A DNA stretch of 63,192 bases, filler included, from Stramenopiles sp. TOSAG23-2 (GCA_900128395.1; 7 parts of 7 records of this genome joined end to end with filler, not necessarily neighbours in it); one strand, 5' to 3'. Shown: positions 1 through 12,045, numbered from the whole stretch's first letter. The notes: generated by a model not told the origin, from the letters alone. Program-made: numbers and translations.

Positions 1-1619
1 GCAAACAAATTTGAATTGTTATAAAAAATAATATCAGGGTGAACAGATAATAATGGGCGCGAGAACCCTTCATTGGATAATTTATAACACCCGCAATGAT
101 TCAATCGTTCTATGCGCAAATCAGGATTTGATAAACCAAATAAACATTTATTTGTTAAATATAAGCAACCGCTTAAATTTACATCAATTAATCTTGGACA
201 TTCACGTAAAAAATAATTCAATGCATTATCTTTAATTAATGTTTGTTCTAAGCTTAAATATAATAATGGCGGCGCATAAATTACCATATCTTCTCTTATT
301 TCTCTCATGGTTGATTTAGCTGCTGATTTTTTACGAGGATCCAATGCACGTTTACATTCCTCAGAAATTAATGCGATAAACATTTTAACATTCTCTAATT
401 GAAAGATATTTTCTTTCCATAGCCCTATGTTTAATTTTTTTAATTTTACTAACGTTGCGATTGCAAATAAACTTTTTTTTGAAACGTTTTGGGTTTCTTT
501 CGACATTAAATCCAACGATTCAATCAATGGATGTTGTTTGCAAATTCTTTTAATTAATGAATCAGATAAAGTTGCTCCACGCAAATTTAATTCACACAAG
601 GAATTTAAATATGGCGGACGTTGTAAATTTCCACCCCATGAATTAATACTATTTAAAATATTTTGATGCGGAAAAAAAAAATCTAATGATACATTTGATG
701 AATCACATCCAAAGCATGATGGAACCATTAGAAAACCTGGATCAAATAATTGTTTTATCATAGTTGTTTTGTTTGATTTTTTCTTCTTCATCTTATTTTT
801 ATTATTTAAAGATGATGAAACAGAAGAATTTATTAGATTTTTTTTCTTAATATTATTGCCTTTCTTTTTCTTTTTCATAGGTGACTTATTTTTCTTGGTT
901 ATTTTACTTGTATTACTATTCTTTTTATCATTTTTATTTACAAGTAATAATCCACGATTTGATTGACTAAAATTGCTATTATTATTACGTCTATTCTTAC
1001 CATCATCGTTGTTATTATTTTTGTTGGTTTTACTATTATTATTATTGTTGTTGTTGTCATCGTCGTCTTCTTCTTCTTCTTCTTTAATCATATTATTATT
1101 ATTATTATTATTATTTACAATTACTGTTGATGTACTATTTAATTTGCGCGTTTCACGCATTAATTTTACCATTTTTTTCAATTCAAGAAAATATTTCTTA
1201 AAGTTATTTGTTGAAATATCATTTTCAATATCTACATAAAAATCATTTAATTTAATTGGCAATAATGGCAATGCGTGTTTCGTGTGCCATGAGCCAATTT
1301 GATCAACCAATTCTATATTTTGTTCTTTTATTTTCTTCATTTCTTCTATATATTTTGTTTTAAAAAATGTTTTCCATGGTATTACATCAAATTGTATGTC
1401 ACTACATATTACATAATAAAAAAACATGGAATCTGGTGGAAGTTCTTGCAATATTAACATAATAATTTGGGTCGGCAACGTAGGAAAAATTTTACTAATA
1501 ACAATATTGTTTTCACCAATTAACTTCGCAAATTCACAAGAACAAATTTTGGTTAATGTAGGTATTTCTTTTACAATCATCTCTTCATTTTGTGTTTCCT
1601 CATTCTTTCCTTCTTCCAT
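1..1619 (-). CDS. F-box/LRR (FBXL-like) protein, 3' end truncated by window edge
   Basis: Absent from the ORF track because it has no stop in the window. Hand translation from ATG 1619 (MEEGKNEETQ) appears open to base 1. It has an F-box-like FPTLPTQIIMLILQELPP and Cys-containing LRRs (LCELNLRGATLSDSLIKRIC, LIDVNLSGCLYLTNKCLFGL). Confidence 0.75.
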   Translation of the reverse strand, partial: MEEGKNEETQNEEMIVKEIPTLTKICSCEFAKLIGENNIVISKIFPTLPTQIIMLILQELPPDSMFFYYVICSDIQFDVIPWKTFFKTKYIEEMKKIKEQNIELVDQIGSWHTKHALPLLPIKLNDFYVDIENDISTNNFKKYFLELKKMVKLMRETRKLNSTSTVIVNNNNNNNNMIKEEEEEDDDDNNNNNNNSKTNKNNNNDDGKNRRNNNSNFSQSNRGLLLVNKNDKKNSNTSKITKKNKSPMKKKKKGNNIKKKNLINSSVSSSLNNKNKMKKKKSNKTTMIKQLFDPGFLMVPSCFGCDSSNVSLDFFFPHQNILNSINSWGGNLQRPPYLNSLCELNLRGATLSDSLIKRICKQHPLIESLDLMSKETQNVSKKSLFAIATLVKLKKLNIGLWKENIFQLENVKMFIALISEECKRALDPRKKSAAKSTMREIREDMVIYAPPLLYLSLEQTLIKDNALNYFLRECPRLIDVNLSGCLYLTNKCLFGLSNPDLRIERLNHCGCYKLSNEGFSRPLLSVHPDIIFYNNSNLF

Positions 1620-2268
1620 TATTTTAAATATTATATATATATATATATACACTCAATACTATAGTTCGATGAACTGAAAACATGCAACTATGCAATTTTA
1701 CCAAATACTTATGATCAATACTGTATGGCAACTGCTATGATTTTTACGAAAAAAATATCATATATTTTCCAACAAATCGAACAACATATGTGCATAATAT
1801 GCACATATCATCATCAGCAATCTGGCAGCAAAATCATCATCAATTTTTCATCATCAACCTTCTTCTCGCTAGAGCTATTGTACCTGGTATACTGTAAAGT
1901 ACAAAAATACTATTCGGTAAATTTTACATCATATGATTTATCAAAATTACTTAAATAAGATTGAATTATAGCACTATACATCATTGAAATTCTTCTACTT
2001 ATTTAAGGTATTTAATAACTTAATATGTGATAAATCCCGTTATTTATAGGCAGCACACAGCATAGCAGGCCAGCACGCAGCAGCACTCAGCACCAACAAC
2101 ATAGAATCATGATGTAAATATATATATATATATTTTGAAAATAGAGAAAAGGTGGGTGGTGTTATATACTACTAGTGTGTGTGTTGTGGAGTTGTGGATG
2201 TTCAGTAACATATATTTAAAATTAAAAACCTGATTCTATTTTTTATATTTTCAAATCCAACTAAAACG

Positions 2269-2931
2269 ATGCCGACAATTATTGTAAACGTGGAACACCG
2301 TGGTCTTGGGATGAACTTCCCAGAATTGAGGTTTCAAGGTGATATCACCATTGAAAAAATGAAAATGAATCTCATGATGAAAACAGGGACGGAACCGCAG
2401 AATATGGAATTAAGTGTTGTATATGATAATGAAAGCAAAGAAGAAGTTTTATTAGCAGATGATACCAAAACATTGGATGATTATGATATCGTATCTGGTA
2501 TGAATTTCATTATAGTTGATACAAGTGAAGCAAGCATAAGCAATAATTTAAATATGAATGATGTAAATACTGTGAAAAAAGTAGAAGCAAAAACTGGAGA
2601 TTCTGGTTTTGCTGCTTTCCGTAAAAAACAAACAAAAAAGAAAAGACCACCAGCAACAGATGATACGGAAAAAGAAGAAGCAAGTAAATTTCAAATTGGA
2701 GATAGGATTAAAACAAAAAGTGGTAACTTGGCAACTGTGCGATTTATTGGACCTATTGAACCATTACCAAAAGGGTATTTTCTAGGAGTTGAGTTAGACG
2801 AACCAGTTGGTAAAAACGATGGTGAAGTCAAAGGTGTACGATTATTTCAAGTTGATGAAAATAAAGGCGCAGTTTTACGGCCATCTGCTGCCACTAAACT
2901 TGAAGATGACGAATCATCCTTGAAGAAGTGA
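2269..2931 (+). CDS. TBCB: Tubulin-folding cofactor B (ubiquitin-like + CAP-Gly)
   Basis: N-terminal Ubl-like region (TIEKMKMNLMMKTGTEPQNMEL) and C-terminal CAP-Gly signature GVELDEPVGKNDGEVKGVRLF. Confidence 0.92.
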   Translation: MPTIIVNVEHRGLGMNFPELRFQGDITIEKMKMNLMMKTGTEPQNMELSVVYDNESKEEVLLADDTKTLDDYDIVSGMNFIIVDTSEASISNNLNMNDVNTVKKVEAKTGDSGFAAFRKKQTKKKRPPATDDTEKEEASKFQIGDRIKTKSGNLATVRFIGPIEPLPKGYFLGVELDEPVGKNDGEVKGVRLFQVDENKGAVLRPSAATKLEDDESSLKK

Positions 2932-3118
2932 GAAAGAAGAAAAAAAACATAAAATTCTATACGTACACAGAGAGGGTGTAATAATAGTGTTTGTCGTATA
3001 TACGTAAATATTACAACACATTAATATTAATTCACTAATATCAATATGCATATGCATATCATATTATCATATGATATATGTGTTTTTCTCTTACTCAGTA
3101 CGATCGTATGTTATACGT

Positions 3119-3478
3119 ATAAAATTCTTTTACTCCCGTTTATTAACATCTCAAATCAAAAATGATTTATAAATTTTAGTAAAAATTATTTAGTACGAAG
3201 TATTCAAAAGATGTTTCCGCTGTCTGTGATTCAGAGCTAAATGAAAGAGGTCCAAAGTTTATATATATATTATATAATTTAATTATATAATATAAAAATT
3301 TTCTCTTACTCATGTATTATATATGTGTTTTTCTCTTACTCATATGTTATATAAAATTCTTTTACTCCCGTTTATTAACATCTCAAATCAAAAATGATTT
3401 ATAAATTTTAGTAAAAATTATTTAGTATTCAAAAGATGTTTCCGCTGTCTGTGATTCAGAGCTAAATGAAAGAGGTCC
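3119..3478. repeat. Local direct duplication of about 130 bp (about 3119-3253 and 3350-3478)
   Basis: ataaaattcttttactcccg...aaatgaaagaggtcc occurs twice; the copies differ by a 7-nt indel. Confidence 0.85.
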
Positions 3479-3589
3479 TCCTTCATAAAGATATATGATA
3501 TATATCATACTCTTTATACTCTATCATATATTATTTTAAAAATATGTGTGCGTGTGCATCCATATCGTTTTATATATTCTATTTTTATT

Positions 3590-5809
3590 TTACTCATCTT
3601 CTGCTGGTTTTTCCTTTCTCACTTCACGAGTTTTTCTATTGTAATAAAATGTACCACCTTTATTCTCAGATTGATTTACTTCTATCCATGTATCTAGCGA
3701 TGAATTTGTTAAGTCACTATTACTTGACAATCTATCATTTGATTGTTGCGAACCTTCATCATATGAATCATATGATTTATTATTCATATCTTCATCTTCA
3801 TCATTTTCAAATTCATCTGAATTATAATTATCCTCGCCCCCCTGCTCTACTCTGGACCCCAGAAATTTTCCTTGCCCCTGCTCCTCCTCGTTATTATTAT
3901 TATTCATTATAACAACATCAACATCAGCTAATTCAGTGATTTGTTGTGGTATTTCATCATCATTGTTTTCAAAATTTTTAATTGATTCTTCAGAAAACAC
4001 ATTCCCCACGTTCTTCCTCACCTCATCATTCTTATTAAATGTTTCAACATTCATATCTATCTTTTGATGATTATTGTATTCATCAACATCGCTATCTTTA
4101 TTATTACCTTCATTGTTTCCATCACCACCATCTCCCTGTTGCTCAACTTGTTGTGCTTGTTCTTGTCCATCTGCTATTATTTTACTATCATCAAAATTAA
4201 TTTCATCAACATTCTCGTTTCCATTTCTATCTTCTTTATTATTATTGATAACTAAAGTCTTTAATTTTGATTCAATTTCAGGCATATGTTTTAAAGTAAT
4301 ACGATATTGATTAGCTATTTTATCATTCATATCACGCATTTGTTTCATCAATAGACTATGATTTTCACGTGTTGATAATTGGTATGATGTTAAATTTTTC
4401 TCGAAATTTAGAAATCTTTTAGAATCTATTTTACGATCTTCCTGTCTTTTTTCATCTACAGCAGTTTGTACTACCTCTAAATGGTTTTCTAATCGTTTTA
4501 CTTGTTTCCCAGATGATTCTTCTCTACCTAACATTAACCGACGTATATTTTTTTCCAACGAACGCAACAATCCTCTTAAAGTTTCCACGTCAACCGCAGT
4601 GGTATTACCAGCACCACTACTACTGCTATTAAGTGATGATGTCGTACTACTATTGTTATTATGACCACCCACTTTTGCACGTAATAAACGTAGTTCCTCC
4701 ACGCTATGTTTTTCGATTGTTAACATATGTTGAGATAAATTATCAAACGTTGATGTAATTGTGCTAGACAGTTCTTCAGCTTTGCGCTTGGTTTCTTCAC
4801 GATTCAAAAGTTCATTTTTCAATGCATCAAGTAAAGTTAACAATTTAGCCCTTTCAACATGCCAATTGGAACGTTCCTCTTGATGTTTTTTCATCATTAA
4901 TTCTGCTTGATCTTTCAATGCTATTTCATTTTTCATTAATGTCTCATTTCGTATTAAAATGGTTTCCTTTGAGTGTTTAATTTTCAAAAGCTCGATTTCT
5001 TTCTCTAAATTAGTAATTCTATCACATAGTTCTTGTTGTGATGTTGCAGTTTTCATTGTAACTGGTTGCGATGCAAATGGAAGATTTGACCGACTTAAAT
5101 TAAATGGTTTTGCCTTTAATGCAGATTTTTTAACTTTAAATTTAGTACCATTAGCAATACTTTCTTTACGACGTCTTGCTTCTAATTGTCTTGCAACATG
5201 TGATTGCATCGCTTCGTGTTCGTAAAATGAAGACATCGACCCTGAAATGGATGAATAATTGTTGTTATTATTGTCATTGTCTTCCGCATCGTTATTCTTA
5301 TTCTCATTGTTGTTGTTGTTGTTAGTACCACCATTCATCACGTTGTTATCACTATTATTCATATTCATATTATTATTATTAGTTAAATTATTAATATTAT
5401 CAATTTCTTGCTGCTGTCTTTGTGATAGTGGCGACGACGCATTTACATCATTAAAAACACGTTTTTTTATATTTATATAATTGCTTTGACTATTAGAATA
5501 CGACATATTTGAAGGCGATGTTTTATGAAATTTGTTACGTTGTGGGCTAATAATATTATTGTTTGTATTATTATTATCAAAACTATTCGTAAATGACTCA
5601 GTTGATGGAGCTTCAAGACCTGTACCAACCAGAAGTCTAGATTTCACATTTTTGTACCTGCCTTTACCCGTATTTAATTTTGGTTTGAATGTTAGACCTC
5701 TTGTCATTGCTTCTAGTTTTCTTCTATGTTCATCCGCATGTTGCTTCTTCTTTCTATCAGCCCATTTTTTCTGCTTTTCGTATGTACTTCTTCTACTAGA
5801 GATATTCAT
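3590..5809 (-). CDS. Coiled-coil protein with C-terminal WW domain
   Basis: Long ORF (first ATG at 5809) with a central coiled coil and poly-Asn tracts; it ends in WW-like WIEVNQSENKGGTFYYNRKTREVRKEKP. Confidence 0.75.
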   Translation of the reverse strand: MNISSRRSTYEKQKKWADRKKKQHADEHRRKLEAMTRGLTFKPKLNTGKGRYKNVKSRLLVGTGLEAPSTESFTNSFDNNNTNNNIISPQRNKFHKTSPSNMSYSNSQSNYINIKKRVFNDVNASSPLSQRQQQEIDNINNLTNNNNMNMNNSDNNVMNGGTNNNNNNENKNNDAEDNDNNNNNYSSISGSMSSFYEHEAMQSHVARQLEARRRKESIANGTKFKVKKSALKAKPFNLSRSNLPFASQPVTMKTATSQQELCDRITNLEKEIELLKIKHSKETILIRNETLMKNEIALKDQAELMMKKHQEERSNWHVERAKLLTLLDALKNELLNREETKRKAEELSSTITSTFDNLSQHMLTIEKHSVEELRLLRAKVGGHNNNSSTTSSLNSSSSGAGNTTAVDVETLRGLLRSLEKNIRRLMLGREESSGKQVKRLENHLEVVQTAVDEKRQEDRKIDSKRFLNFEKNLTSYQLSTRENHSLLMKQMRDMNDKIANQYRITLKHMPEIESKLKTLVINNNKEDRNGNENVDEINFDDSKIIADGQEQAQQVEQQGDGGDGNNEGNNKDSDVDEYNNHQKIDMNVETFNKNDEVRKNVGNVFSEESIKNFENNDDEIPQQITELADVDVVIMNNNNNEEEQGQGKFLGSRVEQGGEDNYNSDEFENDEDEDMNNKSYDSYDEGSQQSNDRLSSNSDLTNSSLDTWIEVNQSENKGGTFYYNRKTREVRKEKPAEDE

Positions 5810-6439
5810 AATCTTGTTTAATGCCAATAATAATTACTATGGATATTAAATACAAAGTATACAATTATACCGCTGTAGTACTGTAACGATGTAAAACGAT
5901 TTTTTCCTTCTATTTAAATCAGTTTATGTGCAGATCAATCTATTTATCTATCTTATAGGGTTGTGCTTTTTGTTGTTGTATATGTCTTTTTCCATAATTT
6001 ACGAACTATCATTTTGTATATTATGATTTTTCTTTTTAAATGTATATATTGTCGTCGTCGTCTATATCTTTATTCCTGGGGCGGCTATGATGTGTGTGTG
6101 TGATGTGGCGTATAGGCGGGTGTGTTTCGAGTTAGATTTGTACAAGATCCATAAGTACCAGGTAATACTAATTAAGGATAAAGCTTTAGGGGGAAAATAA
6201 CTATAAAATTTTAATAGAATAGTGAGAATTATGATGTGGTCTGGTTAAAATCCAATTGATTTTGAATTTCCTTAATGTTATAGTAGACTTAAAGTTTCAA
6301 GTTCTCTCTGGTGAGAGTCGTCTGCGTCGTCAGACTCTTTCGAGCATCAGCGTGTGAATGCTGGAATGCCTGGATGGTATATTATTTGAAATTATATATA
6401 TAAAGATACAGATATTTTTGAAAAATGTAAGATCATATA

Positions 6440-8578
6440 TTACTTTTTAAACACATTATTGACTTCTTCACTGTTATTGTCCTCGTCTTCTTCATCCGAA
6501 GAAAGGGATGAAGACGGTAAATTGAACATAACTTTACCAACTTTCTTTTTATTGTTATTTGTTCTCCCTCTATTACCATGATAAACATCATCGTCATCAT
6601 CATCGTCATCATCATCGTCGTCATCATCGTTGAAAAATGACCTCCGTTGCATTCTTGCAGAATGATCCATTTTTGCAGTTTCTTTCGTTACAATCGGTTT
6701 TTTCTTGACTAGATCCATTATATCATCATCATCTTCATCACCATCATTTGAAAATCCATATTTTTTTAAATTCTTTTCAAAATATGAATCATCTACTTGT
6801 TGTTTATTTGTTGGACTGCTTAATGGACTATTTGTTGGAGAATAATTTACGATATTTTGATCCTCATCTAATTGAAAACCATCACAATCAAAAACTAAAT
6901 CATCATTTATAAAATCTTCGCTTATTTGTCGTTTTAATTCTTCTCCAAATTCTTCGTCATTTTTATCAAATGGACCTTCTTCCTTTGTATAAATTGATAG
7001 GTTTAACTTTTTCAAATTGTGTTTTAACCAATGTTTGCTCTTTAAGTTTTTTACTTTTTCAATACCATGATCAATTACGTTTAACATGTAAACTAAAGAA
7101 GCTTTTCCTTCGATTATCGATAAATTTTTTTTCTTATTGTTATTATTATCACCATCATGATGTTGATTTTTACCCTCAAACGAATTTGATCGACCCGATT
7201 TTCTTGTTAATGTTTCTAACGTTGGCAATTTTAAGCTTTTATCTAATAATTTTATCGATTTACTGATATAATTTGTTTTATCTAAAAAAAATCGGCGCAA
7301 AGAATCATTTTCTTTCCGCCTATATGATAACAATTCACTTGTTGTTGGATTTTTATTTAATAATAGAAAAGTAAGCGTATCTACTATGTGCGCTAGCAAC
7401 ATATTGTTTTTTAAATATTTGAAAAATAATTTAACAAATAGATCCAATATATTGTGCTTCATGATAATATCATCGACATATGAACATTCTAAGCGTATCA
7501 ATGAAGAGAAAAATTTTGTAATCTCCATACAATAAATCGGGCAATGGTTGGCATTATCTTCACTTTCGACTAACTCTTCAAGTATTTCTACAAATTGTCC
7601 TATTTGAACTAATAATACATTAAACAATGGAAGTTCTGAAACTTGGCAATCTTCATATTGCAAATTATTATTGTTACTTTCAAACTTTCCTTCGTCCACA
7701 TTATTATCTCGCACAACAACACAACCTCCGTCGTATCCTTTCACTAATGCTGTGATCACATCTAATGCATAAAATCCTAATTCAATATTATTTTTCTTAG
7801 TCTTATGCTTGTAGTTGTAAACTGTATTTTGTACTTGTTCAATAGTTTTACCAACAAAACGAACAGCAACATTTTTGTTTTCATATATGTCACTCTTTAT
7901 TTTTTCACATGCATTTGTTTCGTATGATGCTTTTGATATAATATTCACTAACAATTTGCTCGTATTAAATGGTATATTATCATCATATGTTATAAATAAA
8001 TTTGACAGGATCAAATTTGTTGTATCATCATTTCGAATAATATCATCATTGCTATTAGTAGGTGTTAAAAATAATTCTTCAAAAAATGATGCCATTGATG
8101 GAAATTCAATATACGATAACAAGTTTTCCAACTTCAATTGCTCAACAAAAATTGGTCGATACTTATCATTAGTTAGAAAACAAAAATAAACCTTTGTTAA
8201 ATATCGTGAAACAATATTATCTATTGTATGTATTTTATTATCTGAAAATAAAAACAATAGTTTCCATGCGCGTTTATACTTTTTTACATCATTACACATG
8301 CTTTCTATAATTTGCGTAGATGAGGCCTCATTATATGCTAATGTTAAAAATGCACCATATGACAACTCATAACCATTAAATAAATCATTTGACGAGGCAG
8401 ATCTTTGCAATTTACCTTCATCTGTTTGTTTGGCATTTTTAAAATTAAACGAATTTTTTCCACTTATCAATAACGTCAATAAATCACATACATTTGAAAC
8501 TGAATTAAAATATATTACATCATTTGCATTATTTGCCAATTCCGTACACACGTTGATAATTTGGTACGATACATCCAT
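6440..8578 (-). CDS. SAPS-domain / PP6 regulatory subunit-like protein
   Basis: Helical 712-aa ORF with an acidic tail; ILDLFVKLFFKYLKNNMLLAHIV resembles the SAPS motif LDLFFxYxWNNFLH. Confidence 0.6.
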   Translation of the reverse strand: MDVSYQIINVCTELANNANDVIYFNSVSNVCDLLTLLISGKNSFNFKNAKQTDEGKLQRSASSNDLFNGYELSYGAFLTLAYNEASSTQIIESMCNDVKKYKRAWKLLFLFSDNKIHTIDNIVSRYLTKVYFCFLTNDKYRPIFVEQLKLENLLSYIEFPSMASFFEELFLTPTNSNDDIIRNDDTTNLILSNLFITYDDNIPFNTSKLLVNIISKASYETNACEKIKSDIYENKNVAVRFVGKTIEQVQNTVYNYKHKTKKNNIELGFYALDVITALVKGYDGGCVVVRDNNVDEGKFESNNNNLQYEDCQVSELPLFNVLLVQIGQFVEILEELVESEDNANHCPIYCMEITKFFSSLIRLECSYVDDIIMKHNILDLFVKLFFKYLKNNMLLAHIVDTLTFLLLNKNPTTSELLSYRRKENDSLRRFFLDKTNYISKSIKLLDKSLKLPTLETLTRKSGRSNSFEGKNQHHDGDNNNNKKKNLSIIEGKASLVYMLNVIDHGIEKVKNLKSKHWLKHNLKKLNLSIYTKEEGPFDKNDEEFGEELKRQISEDFINDDLVFDCDGFQLDEDQNIVNYSPTNSPLSSPTNKQQVDDSYFEKNLKKYGFSNDGDEDDDDIMDLVKKKPIVTKETAKMDHSARMQRRSFFNDDDDDDDDDDDDDDVYHGNRGRTNNNKKKVGKVMFNLPSSSLSSDEEDEDNNSEEVNNVFKK

Positions 8579-8920
8579 GGTGGTAGTTTATTGTTGATTG
8601 TAATATACGTAATGACTACACGATATGGAACCGTATGATATGGTTTTGCATGTGCATGTCTATCTACCCCGGCAATATTCATTCTCGGTCTTTAGTGCAT
8701 AAATATTATACCACAACAATTTGTGTTATTATTTGTTCTGATGATGATGCTTCTTTCTCCGATAGTATTATTTACCTTGTAGCTCCCACCAGTTAGTATA
8801 CTAATAAGCACGGGGGTTTAAATAATCTAATGTGAATGGGATGGTCACACATCACGGCTATAAAATCACAACAAAAAATATAGGTGTGTGTACATCACGA
8901 TTTTAATATAATACCCCTCA

Positions 8921-9807
8921 TCACATTACATATTCAAAAAACTTGTCCCATTCTAAGATCACATTGCTTGACTTATACAATTTATAAATTCGAGTTTTGA
9001 TATACTTCATAATATCCTCACGTTTCTGAATTGTTGAAGATGTTATACATATTCAAAAAACTTGTCCCATTCTAAGATCACATTGCTTGACATTGAAACC
9101 TCTTCCGGCTTTTGAAAATATGTCGTCAATCCATTCATGTAATATAATTGTTCTATGAATTTATTTTGTTCATATTCTTTGTTATAAATATGGAATAAAT
9201 TTGAAGTAATAAAATAATCCATTGTATATTCTATGCCACTAGTCACGGGATGCCCCCAAAAGGCTGCTTGTACACGCGCTAATCTTTTATATGCTAAAAA
9301 ATAAGTAAGATGATCCATCCCAATTTCTGGATATATTAGTACATCCAATAAATCATCTAATATACTATTTGCAACGGAATTTAACGTTTCATGTGAACTA
9401 AATTTACGAATGTTTGCATGGTTCATAGAAGATAATATTTCCTTCGTAATGTTATCATTTAAATTGATACCACCTATAAAATAAACATATACTTCATATT
9501 TATTTCGATAAGTTGTTTGTTTACATAATTCAGTTATGATTCCTTTAATTAACTTTCCTACAGAATGTTTGCGAAAAAACGAGCTAATAAATCCAATGCG
9601 TCGTCGTTCCTGTTGAGATGATAAGTTTCCTTGCATTTGATAAACATGATTAGTCATATTCTTCCTTGTTTTTTTCGGTTCATCATCTAACAATTTTGGT
9701 GCACAATGTCGATATGCTCTAGCCAAGGCTAATCTTTCAATTAAATCATTTCCACCTTGATAAATTAAATAATATCCAAATGCACCATCACCTAAAGTAT
9801 CTAGCAA
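8921..9807 (-). pseudogene. Fragmented GT41 (OGT/SPINDLY-like) glycosyltransferase catalytic domain
   Basis: Motifs RIGFISSFFRKHSVG and LDVLIYPEIGMD...RLARVQAAFWGHPVTSG...DYFITS. It lacks the TPRs and the second catalytic half. A separate C-terminal-like piece lies at 8921-9043, with a 46-nt duplication. Confidence 0.75.
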
Positions 9808-10513
9808 CTTGGTACAATCATTGATTCATGGAATAATTTTTTGCCCTTTCACAATAATGAAAGGACTTTGAGCGTTTTTTTGCAATTTTAATGCTATGTA
9901 CCTGCTAATTTCGTTATGATATTTCAATGCTAATGGCCAAATAGCAGGTGCACAGCATTGCAGAAATCGTCAGATTCGGTCACGATATGACCATCAAGCA
10001 GGTATTAGCACTATGTATACAAAGACTCTGGTAAAACTGAAACAGAAACTGACAAATTTGCCTAAAAATAAAACACCTCCATCCTCCATTTTTCCATAGT
10101 GTGTAGTGTTATTCTTTATACCCCTTCAACTTGTGCACTTATACTTTTACTATAGCCGTGATGTATACATACATGTGTGTGTGTTTAAGAGATGCAAGTG
10201 CACATGAGCTAGAGATATATACTGTATGTCCAAAACATCCTTTCATTTAATCAACAATCCATATCATAATCTTGTTTATTATTTAAAGAAGCGTACGATA
10301 TAGTTGTAATCTAGAATAGTTTTGACAGATACGATATATATATTCATTTCTTCGAGATTTCATATTTATTTTTTTTAAATAATATTTTTTTATTATTTTT
10401 TTTGGACACACACACATTTCTATATATATAATACTTCCCATTACACGACGACACAAAGCCATCATACCACACCAACAACAAAAACAACACACGACGATAT
10501 ATAATATAAAACA

Positions 10514-11203
10514 ATGGGTTGTGGATCATCATCAAGTAAAGTTGGAAATGATTCAGGTGGCACTGAACCATTTCGTTCAGATAATGTATTAGTTTCAAAA
10601 TATAAATTAGGGAAAAAATTAGGAGAAGGTAGTTATGCTACTGTCTTTGAAGCAACGGATAAAGAGGACAAAATATGGGCCGTGAAAATCATTGATAAGA
10701 GCAAATGTTCACCAGAAGAATTAGTGGAAGTGAAATGGGAAGCAGAAGCATTGCAAATCGTGAAACATGAAAATATTACATATTTAAAAGAAGCATTAGA
10801 AAGTGCTAATTATTATTATCTAGTCATGGAAATCATGGCAGGTGGGGAATTGTTTGATCGTATTGTGGAGAAGGAACATTATTCTGAAAAAATGGCTCGT
10901 GATGCAATACGTACAATTGCAATTGCTTTGTTACATGCGCATGATGTTGGTGTAGTTCATTTAGATATGAAACCAGAAAATGTTTTATATCAAGGTTCAA
11001 ATGATGATGATCCATTGAAAATTTGTGATTTTGGTATAAGTCGTAAAATAGAAGATGTGTCATCGTTTCAATACCTTCTTCATCCATTGTATCAAATGCA
11101 TCATATAACCACGTTGTATTATTTGGTCGATTATATATACGTACATGATAATTCAATGCATTGTAAAAATTTTCTAATGCTCTCCAACGTCTTTTCTTTT
11201 TAA
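10514..11203 (+). pseudogene. CaMK-family Ser/Thr kinase, truncated after DFG
   Basis: MGCG acylation motif, LGEGSYATV, AVKII, GGELFDRIV, HLDMKPEN, ICDFG. Subdomains VIII-XI are absent and similarity stops at about 11057. Confidence 0.85.
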
Positions 11204-11750
11204 TTAAATTATCTTCCTTAGCACTTACTAAATCCCTGCCATTTAGCGTTTCATATATGGATTTCGTTGGTTTCGTCTCTTCATACGTTTTACCTTGTTT
11301 TTGTTGTTGTACAAAATCATATGCCGTATTTGCCATGGATAATGTACGTACATCAGATGTCGATATATCTAATAATTTCTTTAATTTTGGTATATCAAAT
11401 GCAACAGCTGCATTGTAAATTTGTCGCAATTCAGTTGCACGTTGTTGTGATACTTGTGGTTTTAATTGTTTTGGTAAATCATCCCGAGCTAAATCAATTG
11501 CATCTTTAATACAAAATTGCAATACAGCAAAATCATATTCCCGTCCATAGACATTTTTGATTCCTTCTGCACATTGTTTTGCCATGCGTACAATTCGTTT
11601 TGCATTTACTTCCTCCTTTGCTTTTTCATCCACTTGTATTTGTAAAAATTCACTTTGTGCACGCCATGGTTGCCCTTTCTCTGCAATCCATACTGCACCA
11701 CCAAGTGGATTGGGATGTATTTTACGTTTCGGTGATGAACGATGTGACAT
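11055..11750 (-). CDS. Hypothetical protein, apparently truncated at the junction with the kinase
   Basis: ORF 10833..11750 reads protein-like up to LYDAFDTMDEEGIET, then runs through the antisense of the kinase. Confidence 0.6.
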
Positions 11751-11944
11751 ATGTAATATAATATTTATTGTATAATTTATATATATATTATGAAGTGAAT
11801 GTATGTATATATGTATATGTGTAAAAGAAAATTACGTTTGTCTACAATTTGAATTGTTCTGTTCTTGTTTTTTTTTTATTGTCTATATATTTATGATTGG
11901 TTTGTATATTTTCTATGTCATGTGTATGTCATGTGTGTGTGTAT

Positions 11945-12044
11945 NNNNNNNNNNNNNNNNNNNNNNNNNNNNNNNNNNNNNNNNNNNNTTAATTAATTAA
12001 NNNNNNNNNNNNNNNNNNNNNNNNNNNNNNNNNNNNNNNNNNNN
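11945..12044. other. Artificial scaffold linker
   Basis: 44N-TTAATTAATTAA-44N, a six-frame stop linker. Confidence 0.97.
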
Positions 12045-12045
12045 T

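Noticed and set aside
53-1677. Plus-strand short ORFs and similar poly-Leu/Ser/Phe ORFs throughout the window
   Set aside because: Antisense shadows of poly-Asn/Glu/Lys coding on the opposite strand.
6295-6380. Hammerhead ribozyme or SECIS element
   Set aside because: The minus-strand CTGACGA lacks a stem II-GAAA core. There is no AUGA/AA/GA SECIS geometry and no in-frame TGA gene adjacent.
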